Shown here in pieces: positions 37,302 to 46,726 of a stretch of 64,000 nucleotides of DNA; position 1 is the stretch's first letter; each line of letters starts with the position of its first letter. The notes below the pieces were generated by a model, which worked only from the letters and a program-made list of their open reading frames with translations, ran no database searches and was not told the origin of the DNA. Source of the stretch: an uncultured virus (IMG/VR IMGVR_UViG_3300019366_000026) (lineage: Duplodnaviria > Heunggongvirae > Uroviricota > Caudoviricetes); the IMG/VR virus record IMGVR_UViG_3300019366_000026; one strand, 5' to 3'. The position numbers and the translations under genes are program-made.

Positions 37302-37775
37302 TCAGAAATGTGGGTCTATGTAGTGACTTTGGTAATGAAGCAGGAGGCTAACGCCGTCTTTAGTTGGGTGGCCTTCCAAAATCCATATACCATTCCTACG
37401 TTTTGTAAATACTTGCTCTCTGGGTTCTAATTCGGGCAATATTATGTATTTGCCAGAATAGAAATCCTCGCATTCTACAAGGTTGTCTTGGACGACCACT
37501 TTGTTAGGACTGAGTATTTTGGTAATGGTGGCGGCGTGGCGGTCAGTATAGTAGTAAACCGTGCATGGCAGGCCAACCCGTGGAATCAGAGCCTTTATTG
37601 CTTCATTCTCTCTACGATCCTGGGCTTCTATCCAATCGGAACGCCTACGACTAATCTCGGCTCTTTTCTTGGGATTATCAGCGTTTGCGCGCCATTCCTC
37701 TCGGTCGCGTTCTTCGTAAGGATATTTTTCTGCCCTGATTGCATCAAGCCGGGCAAAACTTTCTTCGCTTGTCAT
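37302..37775 (-). CDS. Hypothetical phage protein
   Basis: 157 aa ending YIDPHF. Confidence 0.65.
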   Translation of the reverse strand: MTSEESFARLDAIRAEKYPYEERDREEWRANADNPKKRAEISRRRSDWIEAQDRRENEAIKALIPRVGLPCTVYYYTDRHAATITKILSPNKVVVQDNLVECEDFYSGKYIILPELEPREQVFTKRRNGIWILEGHPTKDGVSLLLHYQSHYIDPHF

Positions 37776-38032
37776 TAGTTCAGGTTGTTTTCGATGAAAC
37801 TTATAATTTCTCTCTCGGTTGCATCTGCGAGTTTGTCAGGAATGTAGAAGAATATCTTCTCATCAATTCGTTGCGCTATGTCATCACGGAACGATGTGTT
37901 TGGCATAAGAAGCGCATCTTGCAGCGATTCAGTCCCTATGCTGTACACATGAATCTCTCCTTCGTTATGTATCGGGAGAAAGAATACAGGGTACATCTCC
38001 TCGTTGTATTCGATTTGTGTTGTCGGCTTCAT
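37775..38032 (-). CDS. Hypothetical phage protein
   Basis: 85-aa ORF. Confidence 0.6.
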   Translation of the reverse strand: MKPTTQIEYNEEMYPVFFLPIHNEGEIHVYSIGTESLQDALLMPNTSFRDDIAQRIDEKIFFYIPDKLADATEREIISFIENNLN

Positions 38033-38036
38033 CTTA

Positions 38037-38228
38037 CTATCCTCCGTGAAGCATCAGGCAGAAGTCAGACATGGCTTCTGAGTCAAAATCCGGTAAGCCG
38101 GTGTTGCCTGATTCATAATAATAAATTGCATACTCTCGCTCTTCGTAGTCGAGTTTATGGCCGACAGCCTTTTCGATGGCTTTGTAATTGACTTTGCCGG
38201 ACTTTGGGTTGTAATAGGTTGTTTCCAT
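38037..38228 (-). CDS. Hypothetical phage protein
   Basis: 63-aa ORF. Confidence 0.55.
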   Translation of the reverse strand: METTYYNPKSGKVNYKAIEKAVGHKLDYEEREYAIYYYESGNTGLPDFDSEAMSDFCLMLHGG

Positions 38229-38229
38229 A

Positions 38230-38532
38230 TCAACTGTGCTTAGGGTGGATTTCTCTTACGCTGTAGAGGTCTTTACCTCTCCGAATGATTTCAAAAGAGC
38301 GAAATATCTGCTTCTCCCAATAATCGAAATTCTGCTGGAACATCTGCGGATCTTCCACTTCAAGGCAGGTTCCTTGCTTGCGGTAGAACCACTGGGCTTT
38401 GTCTCCATAGTTCATTTCGTCGATGAGTTTGAAGTCCTCTACCATATCGCTGTAGAAGCCTATCATATTGGGGCAGGCCTCGTTCAGCATTGCCTTCTTG
38501 AGGTCATCTTTGGTATAATCTTGGTCAATCAT
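38230..38532 (-). CDS. Hypothetical phage protein
   Basis: 100-aa ORF. Confidence 0.6.
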   Translation of the reverse strand: MIDQDYTKDDLKKAMLNEACPNMIGFYSDMVEDFKLIDEMNYGDKAQWFYRKQGTCLEVEDPQMFQQNFDYWEKQIFRSFEIIRRGKDLYSVREIHPKHS

Positions 38533-38535
38533 ATT

Positions 38536-38961
38536 TCAGAGATTTTGTGCCAACCATTCTTTATCCTCTTTGGTCAGGTCAAGACTGAGTTGAATTTTCC
38601 GTTTGATAGTAGCTTTGTGTCCTACCATATATTGCACCTTGTCAAGTATGTTGGTTCTGATTTTGGAATCGGAGATTTGGTTAGCTTGCTCAAGCAGAAA
38701 ATCTACCATTTCTGACTTCTGCTCTCTCAAGTCCTCCACCTCTCCGACACTTTCGTCGAGTTGCCCCTTGAGGGTCTTTACTTCATTTCGGGTTCTTATT
38801 ACCGATTGGCAGTTCTCAAACAATTCTATGCCGCAATCGAGGGGAAAGTCATTTTCAATGTTGCGGCACATGGCGTCTATGGTATCAGGTTTGAATACCT
38901 GCGCGAAGTATGTGTCCTCCTTGAGTGATTGGAGCACATTTATTTCTTCTTGTCGTGTCAT
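38536..38961 (-). CDS. Hypothetical phage protein
   Basis: 141-aa ORF. Confidence 0.65.
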   Translation of the reverse strand: MTRQEEINVLQSLKEDTYFAQVFKPDTIDAMCRNIENDFPLDCGIELFENCQSVIRTRNEVKTLKGQLDESVGEVEDLREQKSEMVDFLLEQANQISDSKIRTNILDKVQYMVGHKATIKRKIQLSLDLTKEDKEWLAQNL

Positions 38962-39027
38962 GTCGATTTAGTATTTTCACGAGAGTAAAGATTCAGTAGC
39001 AATCCTTATGCGCTCGCTGGAAGAGTG

Positions 39028-39309
39028 TCAAAAGTTGCCAAATGTACTTTGCGCTTGCAATCCGTTTTCTTGTTCTGTACATTGCTCGACATTGCAATAT
39101 AGTTTCGAGCGATTGGACAGACAAATGTGAAGTATTTGGCGACGAAATTCAGGAGTTGAGTCCACTGGAAGTGTGGAATGTTTTTTGCACCACGTTTCAG
39201 CATAAGTTCTCGCAAAGTCTACTGCATTGCATTTGTCTGTGAATCTGCGTCGGGCATATACCTTGCGTCCATCCTCGATTGATACATAGTAGGCGGTTAT
39301 TTCTTTCAT
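39028..39309 (-). CDS. Hypothetical phage protein, first gene after promoter copy 5
   Basis: Start moved to MKEITAYY. Confidence 0.55.
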   Translation of the reverse strand: MKEITAYYVSIEDGRKVYARRRFTDKCNAVDFARTYAETWCKKHSTLPVDSTPEFRRQILHICLSNRSKLYCNVEQCTEQENGLQAQSTFGNF

Positions 39310-39331
39310 CTTGTTTCGTTTTTGATTAAAC

Positions 39332-39412
39332 ATCTTATTTGCATATACAAAAGTAATCAAAAATAATCATATACGCAAATTTTAGAGAGGTTATTTTAAT
39401 CATATACGCAAG
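39332..39412 (-). promoter_or_regulatory. Promoter/operator module copy 5
   Basis: Boxes at 39332, 39366, 39399; TACTTTTG. Confidence 0.8.
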
Positions 39413-39466
39413 ATTATATAAGATAAACAGAGATGGGCTATCATTGTGATAGTCCACCTCCGCGTT

Positions 39467-39727
39467 CTAAATGTCGGTATCTTCAATGCTCGGATTGAGC
39501 GGTTCGATTGATACGGTCAGAGCGCCGTCTTTGTAGTCGCATTGACGGCCATTTCCATAATACCCGGTCAGGGATTTGTAGCCCCATTCTGTGATAATGT
39601 TCTTCTCAAGAAGTTGGCCGGCATACTTCTTGAAATTGTCCTCATCGGAGAATATTCCGAGGATACGTAATGAACTGCACGATAACCACGGGTCGCCGGC
39701 TTGTAGAATTATGACTTCTCGTTCCAT
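39467..39727 (-). CDS. Hypothetical phage protein
   Basis: Likely start MEREVIIL. Confidence 0.55.
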   Translation of the reverse strand: MEREVIILQAGDPWLSCSSLRILGIFSDEDNFKKYAGQLLEKNIITEWGYKSLTGYYGNGRQCDYKDGALTVSIEPLNPSIEDTDI

Positions 39728-40314
39728 TTCTTGAATGAAGAGTATTTTTCTTGTGGGGTCATTCGATCCCATTTGGCAAGGGCATCGCGAGGAATATTTT
39801 CGCCGGTAATCGTGGATTGCTCCTGCATATTGCGTTCGAGGAACCAATCATCGGCCATTTCGCCCTTGACTTTCCAACGAAAAGTTTCAAATTCAGACTT
39901 GAGTTCAGAGAGATTGATTGTACTGAGAATATCAGCGATTTCTTGTGGCGTAGGAGCGGCGATCCATTTGTATTGAGTATAGAGTTCACTGAACTGGGCA
40001 TCGCCATCGAGAACTATACTGATAGGCATGTATTGGCTTCCGATTTCACCGAACACGAATAGATGCTGGAAGTTGAGGACACCAACGATTACATCTATTT
40101 GTACCGGCTCAGTATCGGCATGCTCCCATGTAGTAAAGGCTGGTTCTTCATCGCCTAAGATACGAAAAAGGCCAGTGAGTATGAATTGATTCTCTGGAAA
40201 GACCTTTTTTACGAAGTCCTGCGCAGCCATCATCGGCGACATCGGTGCGGAAAGCGCGATGTTGAACTTATCGTTGGATTGCCAACTGGAAAGTCGTTGT
40301 AATTTCAATTTCAT
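39709..40314 (-). CDS. Hypothetical phage protein
   Basis: 201-aa ORF. Confidence 0.65.
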   Translation of the reverse strand: MKLKLQRLSSWQSNDKFNIALSAPMSPMMAAQDFVKKVFPENQFILTGLFRILGDEEPAFTTWEHADTEPVQIDVIVGVLNFQHLFVFGEIGSQYMPISIVLDGDAQFSELYTQYKWIAAPTPQEIADILSTINLSELKSEFETFRWKVKGEMADDWFLERNMQEQSTITGENIPRDALAKWDRMTPQEKYSSFKKWNEKS

Positions 40315-40369
40315 ATTGTAAAGGTTATGGACGTAGGCACCGGAAAGCGCCTACGCCCATGGGTTATAT

Positions 40370-42202
40370 TTATTCTTCAGCCTTTTCTTCAACCTCGGAA
40401 GATTCTTCTCCTTCGGAGTCATCGGCGACCTGCTCAGGTTCTTCCGCAGTCACAGCGACTTCTTCAGCCACTTCATTCGCGGCAGCGTCGGTTGCTGGTT
40501 CGGCTTTGCTGTCGTCCGATTCACTTTCGGTTTTGTCGGATTCAACTTCGGCCTGAGCAGCTTGCTCCTTGCGGATTTCTTTGCGGAGGGTGTCGATCTG
40601 ACTCTGGATATTGCTCTTGGACTGATTATATCGGGCATCGAGCGATTTGGCTATTTCCTCGGCATTGTGAGGATAACGCTCTTCCATGACAGTGTTGAGC
40701 ATGGCGGCGAGTTCTTCCGAGAAGTTGACGCTCTTTTCCGAGAGGATTGAGCGGATAAATTCTCGTGTAATCGCGTTCATATTGGACGCGATGATTTTGC
40801 CTGCGGACTTGAAGTCGGCAGAATCTCCGCAGCCTATGCTTTCCTTGAACGCCACAGGCAGACGTTTGAGAACGAGGGCCTGGAACACGAGAGTTTCCGC
40901 TGGAGTAAGGTCAGTGTTGAGTTTGGAGTATTCGGAGGTTTCCATAAAGGCTCGCTGCTTTTCAACGAAATCCTCATTGCGGTGGTCGTCGGCCTCGCGA
41001 AGTTTCATCTTCAACTCCGAGATTCGTTGATTGTTTGTAGCCACTTTGTCGCCGGCGAAAGGCTCGTCATTGCTGTCGGGAACGCTGTAAACATATTTGG
41101 TTTCACCGCTGAGAAGTCCGTCATAGCAGATTTCATATACCGGCGTGATGGTGCCATCCTTGATGTTGTCGTCGAATACTGATTTCAGTTTGTTGTAGTT
41201 TGCCATGCGGACGGAAAGGGTTTCCTCGTCTTTGAACATAGCAGGGTCAGGTGCCACCGGGGCGAGAACATACTGACGATTGCCGAGGCCGATGACTTCC
41301 AGTCCATATTCGTCGGCCGCACGAAGAATATCCTCGCTGTCTGAATAGACGCCGGAGAACACGAGCAGAGAGCCCTTCTTTGCGGCTTGCTTTGCTTCGC
41401 GGAATACAGCCTCGCGGGATTTGGCAAGGAAACACTCGCGCTTCATACAACGCGGAGTGCTAGCGTCGCGTGAATTCTCGGGATTATTGGCTGTGTTGAG
41501 AGGGCATGATTCACACGCAGTGCCACACGCATACGTTGCGTCGGACAGCGAGAACCGAGCACCGGCAAGTTGATTCATGACATGGTTGTCGATCATTTCG
41601 TGGAGTTGCGGCATGTTGGGGAACTTGTAAGTCCAACGGGCCCGGCTTGCCTCTGTGAAGCAAGACTCATAGAGGATTTCCTGCTGTTCCTTGGGGAGTT
41701 TACAGATGTCGAGCAGGTGTGTCAGAACGAGTATGCCGTCGCGCATCAGTTGCACAAATGGCTCGATAGTGTTGTTGAGCTGGATACGGCCGGAAACGAA
41801 ACTGGTGCTCTTGCCGAGCATTTTTGCCATTTCGCTGACGGTCATGGAGCCTTCGGTGTAGAGATGGTGCAGAGCGGCGGCTTCCTCCATTGGGTCTATG
41901 TTTTTGCGCTGTAGGTTCTCGATAATCATACAGGCGAAAGCCTGCTTGTCGTTGAGGTCCTTTACGATTGCCTGAATGGAGTCGGCTCCGATGATTTGGC
42001 TGGCCCGGAAGCGTCGCTCTCCGCATACGATTTCATACTTGGAGTCTTTCTTGTTGCCGAGTTTGCGCAGCGTGATGGGCTGAACGAGGCCATTTTCTTT
42101 GATACTCTGCGCGAGTTCTTCGAGTTCTTCCTGGTCGAAAGTCTTACGGGGATTGAGTGCGCTGGGCACTATCTCCGACATGGGGATATTTCTTACTTGC
42201 AT
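40370..42202 (-). CDS. ParB/RepB/Spo0J family protein
   Basis: NPRKTF, LAQSIKENGLVQPI, CGERRFRA, ENLQR, HTH; long C-terminus with Cys cluster. Confidence 0.9.
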   Translation of the reverse strand: MQVRNIPMSEIVPSALNPRKTFDQEELEELAQSIKENGLVQPITLRKLGNKKDSKYEIVCGERRFRASQIIGADSIQAIVKDLNDKQAFACMIIENLQRKNIDPMEEAAALHHLYTEGSMTVSEMAKMLGKSTSFVSGRIQLNNTIEPFVQLMRDGILVLTHLLDICKLPKEQQEILYESCFTEASRARWTYKFPNMPQLHEMIDNHVMNQLAGARFSLSDATYACGTACESCPLNTANNPENSRDASTPRCMKRECFLAKSREAVFREAKQAAKKGSLLVFSGVYSDSEDILRAADEYGLEVIGLGNRQYVLAPVAPDPAMFKDEETLSVRMANYNKLKSVFDDNIKDGTITPVYEICYDGLLSGETKYVYSVPDSNDEPFAGDKVATNNQRISELKMKLREADDHRNEDFVEKQRAFMETSEYSKLNTDLTPAETLVFQALVLKRLPVAFKESIGCGDSADFKSAGKIIASNMNAITREFIRSILSEKSVNFSEELAAMLNTVMEERYPHNAEEIAKSLDARYNQSKSNIQSQIDTLRKEIRKEQAAQAEVESDKTESESDDSKAEPATDAAANEVAEEVAVTAEEPEQVADDSEGEESSEVEEKAEE

Positions 42203-42239
42203 TTCTTATTGATATTTAGTTTGAGTTGTCATTGATTTT

Positions 42240-42872
42240 TTAGTCCATCCACGCCATAGGGTCTTCCTGCGGCTTTGGTTTCCACCCTTCAAAGACGAAC
42301 ATGTTGATGAGGTTTTCAAGAGTGAGCGTAACCGGGCATTCTTCTTCACGAGGTGCATCGACCTTGCTTTCATCGACGGTCAGGGGCATCAGTAACGCGC
42401 GGAAACTTTTGCTCTTGATAACCGCTGCGTTACCCTCGGGCGTTTGGAGCATTTCAGCACTCTTTATCTCCGGCGTGAGGGCTATGAGATTGAGGATATT
42501 GCCGAGAAATTTGATTGACAACCCTTTTCCACGGATTACCACGCTGTCTTTTTCGGTGAAACCGGGCTGTCGGCTGAACCATGCGCAGGCTTTCTGGAGT
42601 TGTGCGAGGTCAATGCGCGGGTGAAACTTGGAGAGCCGTTCCTTCGACGGAAACACACGGTTGTAGTCGGGAAACTTGCCGGGAATTTCTTCTCCATTCG
42701 CCGACATTACTTTGCCGACAAATTTAGGGTTGGTGTGGTTGAAAACTACCAACATGTGGGTATCAGTTGCCACACAGCAGTTTTGGTCGAAGAACACACC
42801 CGTCATAATGGGACGGATTGGGTCCTTGCTCACGATGCTTGAATACATCGCTTTCATGATTTTCTTTTCCAT
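42240..42872 (-). CDS. Beta-clamp-like (DnaN fragment) protein
   Basis: RPIMTGVFF, VATDTHML, GKFPDYNRVFP, LLMPL motifs; only 210 aa. Confidence 0.65.
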   Translation of the reverse strand: MEKKIMKAMYSSIVSKDPIRPIMTGVFFDQNCCVATDTHMLVVFNHTNPKFVGKVMSANGEEIPGKFPDYNRVFPSKERLSKFHPRIDLAQLQKACAWFSRQPGFTEKDSVVIRGKGLSIKFLGNILNLIALTPEIKSAEMLQTPEGNAAVIKSKSFRALLMPLTVDESKVDAPREEECPVTLTLENLINMFVFEGWKPKPQEDPMAWMD

Positions 42873-42890
42873 TTGAGATTTGATATTTAG

Positions 42891-43145
42891 TTAAAAACTT
42901 GGATGAAGTGCGTAGTTGTCTTCGTTCTCATAGAACTCTCGGTTGCGGAGATAATGATCCGCGGAGCGGTACCGATAGTAGTCATCCACAAATTGCTCGT
43001 TAGCGATTGGAAAGACTTTCTCGGCTATGAATTCATCATCGTCCATTCGCTCTACCACATCAGGAATACTGAGGCGGCAAAGAAATTCTTTCACGTGGCG
43101 CAGGTATTTGCGTTTGTCTTGTGCTACTTTTCTTGCGATACTCAT
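42891..43145 (-). CDS. Hypothetical phage protein
   Basis: 84-aa ORF. Confidence 0.6.
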   Translation of the reverse strand: MSIARKVAQDKRKYLRHVKEFLCRLSIPDVVERMDDDEFIAEKVFPIANEQFVDDYYRYRSADHYLRNREFYENEDNYALHPSF

Positions 43146-43219
43146 AATTGTCTTGTTCAGGTAGGGGTGTGAAGCATCAGACCCCGCCGAAGCAGGGTCT
43201 GGAATATCTTGTAATTGTG

Positions 43220-43441
43220 TTAGAATTCGTCGGCGGTTGTTTCTGTTACAACCATCTTATCAATCTCCGACTGTCGAACCTCGGACTTCTTGCAGAAGCT
43301 GAGGAACAGTTCCGGATTGTGAGTGTCGAAGATGTAGAATACTCCGTATGAGTAAGCGAATTTCACATTCTTTGCCATCAGCAGGAATGCCAGGCTTTGT
43401 TCCGCATTTTCAACTTTGAGTATTTTTCTTTCTGTTTCCAT
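43220..43441 (-). CDS. Hypothetical phage protein
   Basis: 73 aa, first gene after promoter copy 6. Confidence 0.6.
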   Translation of the reverse strand: METERKILKVENAEQSLAFLLMAKNVKFAYSYGVFYIFDTHNPELFLSFCKKSEVRQSEIDKMVVTETTADEF

Positions 43442-43465
43442 CTTGCTTTCGTTTATGATTAAATC

Positions 43466-43546
43466 ATCTTATTTGCATACCCAAAATTACAAATAAATAA
43501 TCAAATACGCAAATTTTAGAGCAATTATTTTAATCAAATTTGCAAG
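43466..43546 (-). promoter_or_regulatory. Promoter/operator module copy 6
   Basis: Boxes at 43466, 43500, 43533; TAATTTTG. Confidence 0.8.
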
Positions 43547-43614
43547 ATTTTCAGGCAGTTAGACAAAGGAAGCGCAGGCTTATCTCGCGACAATCCTACG
43601 CCGAATATATTGGT

Positions 43615-43929
43615 CTATTGGAAATCATCTTCCAGTGGACGGGCAGCAAGTACCTCCGCCCGAATTATATTCATATCTCTGTTCTTATCATCGATGGAGA
43701 ACTGAATCATATTTTCTTTAAGCAGATGTTTTCCAATTTGTCGTGCCAAGTGAGGTCGGATATAATCGAAGTTGAGGAATGTTTCGCTCTCTTTATAGGC
43801 ATACCCGGTGCAGATTCTTTTGAAATCTAACCTCTTTGTCTCAATCGGTGTCGGATAATGCTCCATTGCGAACTTGGGCGATAGCTTATCGGCTAACGCC
43901 CGGAGTAGTTTTGCGATTCTATTTTTCAT
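43615..43929 (-). CDS. Hypothetical phage protein
   Basis: Likely start MKNRIAK. Confidence 0.55.
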   Translation of the reverse strand: MKNRIAKLLRALADKLSPKFAMEHYPTPIETKRLDFKRICTGYAYKESETFLNFDYIRPHLARQIGKHLLKENMIQFSIDDKNRDMNIIRAEVLAARPLEDDFQ

Positions 43930-44272
43930 GTTTGTAAAATTGTTGGTTTGCGAAGTAATATGTTGCTTCTCGAAAGGCGACTGCGATATCGGCCCAGTGC
44001 TCGTTTTCGAGAACGCCTCCATCTTGTAAGATTGACTTGTTCCTATATAGTTTCTCGATGATATTATCGAGAGAGGAAATCATATATTCTCTGACTTCCT
44101 GAATGTTCAGTGTTTCTCCATTAGGCCCGACTATTCTTCCTCCATTTTGGAAGTCAAGTTGCTCTGGATAGTAGAACCGGCCATCGGTATCTACATAACC
44201 TTTGTACCCACTTTGAGTCGTGGGGTAAAAGGCTTTAATCTCGCCGGTCTTTTTTATTCTTGCGTTGCTCAT
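43919..44272 (-). CDS. Hypothetical phage protein
   Basis: 117-aa ORF. Confidence 0.6.
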   Translation of the reverse strand: MSNARIKKTGEIKAFYPTTQSGYKGYVDTDGRFYYPEQLDFQNGGRIVGPNGETLNIQEVREYMISSLDNIIEKLYRNKSILQDGGVLENEHWADIAVAFREATYYFANQQFYKHEK

Positions 44273-44444
44273 TTTCCTTTCCTTGTTTATTCCAAATGTC
44301 GTATGCGTAATGACTGAGACCAGTCAGGGCTACATACCACATCGCATTTAGCCAATCTCGCTCGACAATATTTATAATTGCACTTATTGCGCATATGACA
44401 GCCGCCACAAGGTTCCACCTTTTCATAAATACAGGAAGTGTCAT
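44235..44444 (-). CDS. Small membrane protein
   Basis: 69 aa, hydrophobic. Confidence 0.5.
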   Translation of the reverse strand: MTLPVFMKRWNLVAAVICAISAIINIVERDWLNAMWYVALTGLSHYAYDIWNKQGKENEQRKNKKDRRD

Positions 44445-44803
44445 TGCTCTTTCTCTGATTTTAGTTCTTCGTAGATTTTCTTCACTTGATCTTCAAGGCT
44501 GAGATTGGACCAATCCGTGGCGATGTCATCAAGCTCATCGTCATAGTGGTTATCGTAAACATATTGGTCGATGGCTTCTCGGAACATTTCATCGGTCAAT
44601 CCATAATCCGGGTCGCAGTCATCAAACATATCAAGCATTCGCGCTACCTCCATACATTCTGTATGGCAAATGAAGTCTCCAATCTCTCCATCGACTATAT
44701 TTGTTTGCCGGCGGTACTGCTGTCCTACGGCGATGGTGCCATAGCAGAAGTCACATCGATGCTGCTTTCTGGCAATTGGTTGGGTTTCTTTTAATGTTTG
44801 CAT
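44441..44803 (-). CDS. Zinc-finger-like phage protein
   Basis: ARKQHRCDFC...HTEC. Confidence 0.65.
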   Translation of the reverse strand: MQTLKETQPIARKQHRCDFCYGTIAVGQQYRRQTNIVDGEIGDFICHTECMEVARMLDMFDDCDPDYGLTDEMFREAIDQYVYDNHYDDELDDIATDWSNLSLEDQVKKIYEELKSEKEQ

Positions 44804-45075
44804 TTCTTTATGAATTTATTACTACGGCGAGTGAAGTCTATAACTCTCTTACCAGAACCTTTGCGTCGCCCTGCCCATACATGCCATTCCACTCTGATTA
44901 ACGTAACGCCAAACTTATACGTATCAAGTTCTTTCAAGAACTCGACAGCAGTGGAATACACATCTTTACGATGAATGGGGAATTCCCATACGAACAGACG
45001 TCGCTCTTCACCAGTCCAATCAAGATAGTAGATATAGGCCCTTTCTGTATGATTGAAATACTGTTGTTTTTTCAT
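44791..45075 (-). CDS. Hypothetical phage protein
   Basis: 94-aa ORF. Confidence 0.55.
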   Translation of the reverse strand: MKKQQYFNHTERAYIYYLDWTGEERRLFVWEFPIHRKDVYSTAVEFLKELDTYKFGVTLIRVEWHVWAGRRKGSGKRVIDFTRRSNKFIKKCKH

Positions 45076-45578
45076 TTGGTTTTGATTAGGTTACACAATT
45101 CCGCCACCTGAAGTAGTGCATCTTCAACCGCTTTATGAGCCGGCAGCCGTTTTTGAGGTATCGGAGCATCGAAAAAGTCGAATACGGTGTTCATATCCCT
45201 GGGCTGCCAAAATATCCACGGTTCCGGGCGATAGAACTCTTCGTATAAGTCTTTCAAGACTTGGATATCCATGTGCCCTTTGCTCCACACGCGGGTATTC
45301 TCGTCCCGATACTTCTTGAAGAAACTGTCAATCAAATTAAGGAGCTGTTCATAGGATTTGCAGTTGTAGTTCATATCAATTTGCCCGGAACTCCGTATCC
45401 ATAGCACGGTTTCTCCTGAAAAAGTTCGGTTGCATGTGTTCCACACAGATGGGGTTACGGATAGTTGCTGTGATGCCAGGATCTGGCCGTCATACTCAAA
45501 TGCGACCAATCCGACTTCACGGATTGCTGCATCGTTCCGTCGCCCAACTGTTTCAATGTCGATCATTATTTGCGCCAT
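45072..45578 (-). CDS. DEDDh 3'-5' exonuclease family protein
   Basis: MIDIET, WSKGHMD, RD, HKAVEDA motifs. Confidence 0.85.
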   Translation of the reverse strand: MAQIMIDIETVGRRNDAAIREVGLVAFEYDGQILASQQLSVTPSVWNTCNRTFSGETVLWIRSSGQIDMNYNCKSYEQLLNLIDSFFKKYRDENTRVWSKGHMDIQVLKDLYEEFYRPEPWIFWQPRDMNTVFDFFDAPIPQKRLPAHKAVEDALLQVAELCNLIKTK

Positions 45579-45589
45579 ACTCTGTATTA

Positions 45590-45886
45590 TTACTTGATGG
45601 GAGTTTTAGGTATCGGCATCCAATAGCAGACTTCATTCTTGCAAGAGAATATCCAATCCCCTCCGTTGAAAGTCCGCACACATAGTGTCGTTTTGAAAGT
45701 CCGGCGATTTTGCAGAACAACGAGATACTTTCCGTCTGACTCCGGCCGTTGTTGCGGCCATGTCCTCCATCGTAAAGCATCGTTTGCCCCTTTGAGATAG
45801 GCTTCGTACCGGGCCTCGCGCAATATTCCACCACTGGCGATGAATCCGTCAGCGTACTCGCGGGCAAGAGTTACGTTATCTTTCAT
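45590..45886 (-). CDS. DUF551-like phage protein
   Basis: P..DGKYLV and VCYWMPIP. Confidence 0.6.
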   Translation of the reverse strand: MKDNVTLAREYADGFIASGGILREARYEAYLKGANDALRWRTWPQQRPESDGKYLVVLQNRRTFKTTLCVRTFNGGDWIFSCKNEVCYWMPIPKTPIK

Positions 45887-45910
45887 ATTTTGTTGTATGA
45901 GTTAAATGTA

Positions 45911-46285
45911 TTATTCCTCGTTGAATTGGAGAGGTTTCAGCCCGTCATCGTGGATATTGCCGATGATTTGCAAGTCGCTCACCTCATCGATGCAGAATTT
46001 GTCGCGAGTGGGGTGCGTCGGCTCGCAGTCGAGAAACCAACCGTTGCACATCCAGCAGACGAGTCCAGCGTCGCCATTGCGGGTGGTACAGATGTCGCCA
46101 TCGTAGATTTTGCGTCTGGCGATGTCGTCGAAGCCGGTGTACTGACCGACGGTGTCGGGTTGTACCCACGGCTGAGATTTGCGATTGCGGATGGCACATG
46201 TGTTATCGTCATAGACTATTAGGCTGCCATAGACCCAATGACCGTTAGCCGTTGTCTTGCCTCTGAATTTTATCTGACGCTTCAT
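45911..46285 (-). CDS. YopX family protein
   Basis: IKFRGK, VGQYTG, IYDGDI, IIGNIHD. Confidence 0.85.
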   Translation of the reverse strand: MKRQIKFRGKTTANGHWVYGSLIVYDDNTCAIRNRKSQPWVQPDTVGQYTGFDDIARRKIYDGDICTTRNGDAGLVCWMCNGWFLDCEPTHPTRDKFCIDEVSDLQIIGNIHDDGLKPLQFNEE

Positions 46286-46518
46286 AACATTTTGATTTTC
46301 TCGGTTACTTCATACATTTCTTTTAAGCGATAGCTGTGAATTATGCTGTCTTGCTCCGCTTTCACTTCTTTGTATGCTTCAATGAGCGCTTTCTGGGCGG
46401 TTATCGTGGCTTTTAGTTCCGCACGCTCAAAGAAGCAATAGCGGATAGCGCTAACTATCATCGTTGCACCCACAACCACAAGTATGAGAGTGCATACAAA
46501 CTTAATCCATTCTTTCAT
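46282..46518 (-). CDS. Small membrane-anchored protein
   Basis: 78 aa with N-terminal TM. Confidence 0.55.
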   Translation of the reverse strand: MKEWIKFVCTLILVVVGATMIVSAIRYCFFERAELKATITAQKALIEAYKEVKAEQDSIIHSYRLKEMYEVTEKIKML

Positions 46519-46726
46519 TTTTACTGATTTTGTCTGTTAATGATTGTGAGAAGCGGAAGTGCCAACAAGGGTCATCAATATATGTATCGAATATCTTGCT
46601 GCAATCATTGCAGATGTCGTGGGCGTGTGCATCACAGACTTCGCTTAGGTCGCAAGCAGCGCAAACACTATAACAGACTGTTGGCACGGCTTCGTACACC
46701 TTACCGTCAATGATTATTCCGTTCAT
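46502..46726 (-). CDS. Cys-rich small phage protein
   Basis: 74 aa MNGIIIDGKVYE...CAACDL. Confidence 0.6.
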   Translation of the reverse strand: MNGIIIDGKVYEAVPTVCYSVCAACDLSEVCDAHAHDICNDCSKIFDTYIDDPCWHFRFSQSLTDKISKNERMD

